A DNA stretch of 44,973 nt from Planctomycetota bacterium (GTDB lineage Bacteria > Planctomycetota > MHYJ01 > WSZJ01), in contig JBBTCT010000014.1 of NCBI GenBank assembly GCA_038060895.1, positions 92,649 through 137,621 on the forward strand. Direction: 5' to 3'. This document shows, one piece after another, positions 43,045 through 44,973 of this stretch. Both the position numbers and the translations under genes were made by a program. Under the pieces are notes generated by a model. The model was not told where the DNA came from. It saw nothing but the letters and a program-made list of their open reading frames with translations, and searched no databases. Position 1 is the first letter of the stretch, and each line of letters starts with the position of its first letter.

Positions 43045-43439
43045 GGCACCCAGTTCTTCGGCTGCCCTGGAGTCGGCCGGCGCGCGACTTGGACGACTGC
43101 GGCGAGGTCGAGCGCCAGAAAGAGCGAGTCGAACGCGAGATTTCCGGCGCCCCGGAATCCGGAGAGCGCGAGCAGGTAGACCATCACGTAGACGACCGCT
43201 CCACCTGCGAAGAGCGCGATCGTTCTTCCCGCGCCGTGGCCGAGGAAAAGCAGAGTCGCAGCGGCGAAGTACAGCGGGATGAAGACCATGTCCGCGTAGA
43301 TCAGCGCGCGGTACGCCTCTTCGGGGAACGCCGCCGGACGTTGCCAGGTCCCGAGGAGGATCGACGAAACCGCATAGGCCTGGAATGCGCCCCAGCCCGC
43401 GAACCACGCGATTGCGAACCAGGGTCGCTTCACCGGCAC
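43041..43439 (-). CDS. small integral membrane protein (about 4 TM)
   Basis: Four hydrophobic stretches in 132 aa. Confidence 0.65.
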   Translation of the reverse strand: MPVKRPWFAIAWFAGWGAFQAYAVSSILLGTWQRPAAFPEEAYRALIYADMVFIPLYFAAATLLFLGHGAGRTIALFAGGAVVYVMVYLLALSGFRGAGNLAFDSLFLALDLAAVVQVARRPTPGQPKNWVP

Positions 43440-43726
43440 TCCACCCGCATCGTCACGCGCGGCGCGACGGAGACCCAGCCGACGACTTCGCCGTCCCGAT
43501 ACGCCAGCAGCCCCGGCGCCGTGCGCCGCTTCGCCAGCTTCGCCATCGCCTTCCGCCGCTTATGTGAAGCATCGCCGGGTCCCGGAAGCGCCCGCTCCTG
43601 CTTCGGCGTCATGCGCGGAAAGATGCGCCAGCAGCCGCTTCCCCAGGAACCGCTCAACACCCGCCCGAGGTCGTCCATGCGGGCGGGGGTCAGGGGACGG
43701 ATCTTCAGGTGGTTGTTCATAGGCAT
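43430..43726 (-). pseudogene. truncated GNAT-family acetyltransferase (N-terminal part only)
   Basis: IRPLTPAR.DDL...GCW...PGLLAYRDGEVVGWVSVAPR, then a stop after 8 unrelated residues; no acetyl-CoA-binding motif A. Confidence 0.65.
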
Positions 43727-43785
43727 CGTGGAGGGTCTCGCTTCAAACCGGCTCCCGTCTCCTGGTCTCCCTCCGGAAAGGGCGC

Positions 43786-44020
43786 TTAAGCTCTCAGGGC
43801 CTTCAGTAGTCTTGCCGTCGTGTACACGTCCACTCCAGTTCCGTCGAAGTCATGGTCATTGGACCAGACGGGAGCCGAGAGATGCAGCGAGAGTGCCAGC
43901 ACGTCAGAGTCGTCCACGTCCCGCCCGCGCAATCGCCTGGCCGCCTCCGCAAGACATGAGACGTAACCTGCCGCCGGATGGATCGTCGCCGGCAGCGTCG
44001 CGACGGCGAGAGCAACGACG
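43786..44020 (-). pseudogene. C-terminal fragment of a PIN-domain protein
   Basis: EAARRLRGRDVDDSDVLALSLHLSAPVWSNDHDF...VYTTARLL; the N-terminal strand with the first catalytic Asp is absent. Confidence 0.7.
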
Positions 44021-44533
44021 CCAGACATATTCGGGGCCGGCAATTCCCCTGTAGATCTCGGTGGCGGAGGCGTGCACTTCGACGATTTTGGAGTGAGGAC
44101 CGTGAAAGAGAAGCGGATCCTCTCCCCTGACCACGGCGGCGAGTCCGTAGTAATACAAGGTCGACTTGTCGGCGGTCATTCTCCTGATGCAGCTGTGTAG
44201 CGCACCGCTGACGACCGGTTCAAGTGTCCCCTCTGCAACCTGGTACCGAAAGCGGTCTCGCTCCCTGCCGATCTCGAGAGCTGGAGTAAGAGCCCTGATC
44301 GAGAGTTCCGAGTGAAACCTGGCTCCGGCTTCTTCGGCGAGTTCGCGCCAGGTTCGTCTTCCGGGACACGCCCACTCCGTGAATGGATGAAAGAGCCGAA
44401 GATAGGTCTCAAATCCTGCGGGCAGCAGGCTCGACACATGACATCCAACGCCGGGCCTTACGTCCTGGATGTTGGTGAGCCAGGATTCCGGCCCAAGACC
44501 GACTCTTTCGATCGCAGAGTCAGAATGCTTCAT
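44021..44533 (-). pseudogene. hypothetical protein, probably 3'-truncated and fused out of frame to the PIN remnant
   Basis: VSSLLPAGFETYLRLFHP...TWRELA...EGTL...PEYVW, then an abrupt change to Arg/Gly-rich shadow-frame sequence until 43904. Confidence 0.55.
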
Positions 44534-44973
44534 CTAGTTGAGTGAATTCCGTCTTCTTCCCGGGACTTCGATCCGCATAGGCTCATCAACAGTTCGCGCG
44601 CCACCTGCTTCGCTTTCCCCCCCGTCTCGTTCGCTGGCCCGACGCACGAAGGGCACCCGCCGGAACACGGGCACGCTTCGAGGAGTTCCTTCGCCCGCGC
44701 CATGAGCTGCGGGTGGAGGTCCCACAGCGCCTGCGAGAACCCGACGCCGCCGGGGAAGGAGTCGTAGAGGAAGACCGTGGGGCGGAAGGTCGCGAGGGCG
44801 TCGAGCGGAACGGAGACGCCCTTCTGTTTCACTTCGCGCGACTTGCTGATGCGCTGGCCCTCGACCGCGAACCACTCGGCCTCGGTGTCGCCGACGACGT
44901 GGTGGAGATCGCGGCGGTCGCACATCAGGAGGACGGTGGCGAGGTGGTGGAGGAGGTAGGCGAGGCCGGTCGT
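44530..44973 (-). CDS. C-terminal part (DUF1998 Zn-binding domain) of a MrfA/Hrq1-type DEAD/DEAH helicase; gene starts beyond the window
   Basis: Frame open to the window edge; LLMCDRRDL, FLYDSFPGGVGFS, CPCSGGCPSCVG. Confidence 0.9.
   Translation of the reverse strand, partial: TTGLAYLLHHLATVLLMCDRRDLHHVVGDTEAEWFAVEGQRISKSREVKQKGVSVPLDALATFRPTVFLYDSFPGGVGFSQALWDLHPQLMARAKELLEACPCSGGCPSCVGPANETGGKAKQVARELLMSLCGSKSREEDGIHSTR

Overview
High-GC bacterial chromosomal window, probably from a Planctomycetota/PVC-type organism. This is inferred from the DWG-type Hanks kinases with an N-terminal 'DLLF..LA..LG' segment, a WD40+HEAT-like secreted protein and the uppS-cdsA-phoH block. Housekeeping genes (carA, purA, uppS, cdsA, phoH, trxA, queD, M16 and M24 peptidases, an OSBS/NAAAR enolase, and the 3' end of a DUF1998/MrfA-type helicase) alternate with accessory patches. 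The strongest hidden signal is a three-gene thiol/selenol redox operon at 30441-33024 that the ORF track breaks apart. A DsbD-like protein and a second thioredoxin each carry an in-frame UGA exactly at the first Cys of the CxxC motif (U-T-N-C and U-H-A-C), each followed by a SECIS-like hairpin, and they flank a normal WCGPC thioredoxin. Other notable items: three tandem ~1000-aa kinase/FGE-sulfatase(CLec) paralogues sharing a C-x-C...H-x3-C insert, a kinase resembling chlamydial PknD, a 12-unit PWSGP[KR]REGGG protein tail, a long AT-rich palindrome upstream of uppS, toxin-antitoxin-type genes, and a decayed chimeric patch at 43.4-44.5 kb. No rRNA, tRNA, CRISPR array, transposase or reverse transcriptase was recognised. 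All family assignments come from motif recognition by eye, not database searches.
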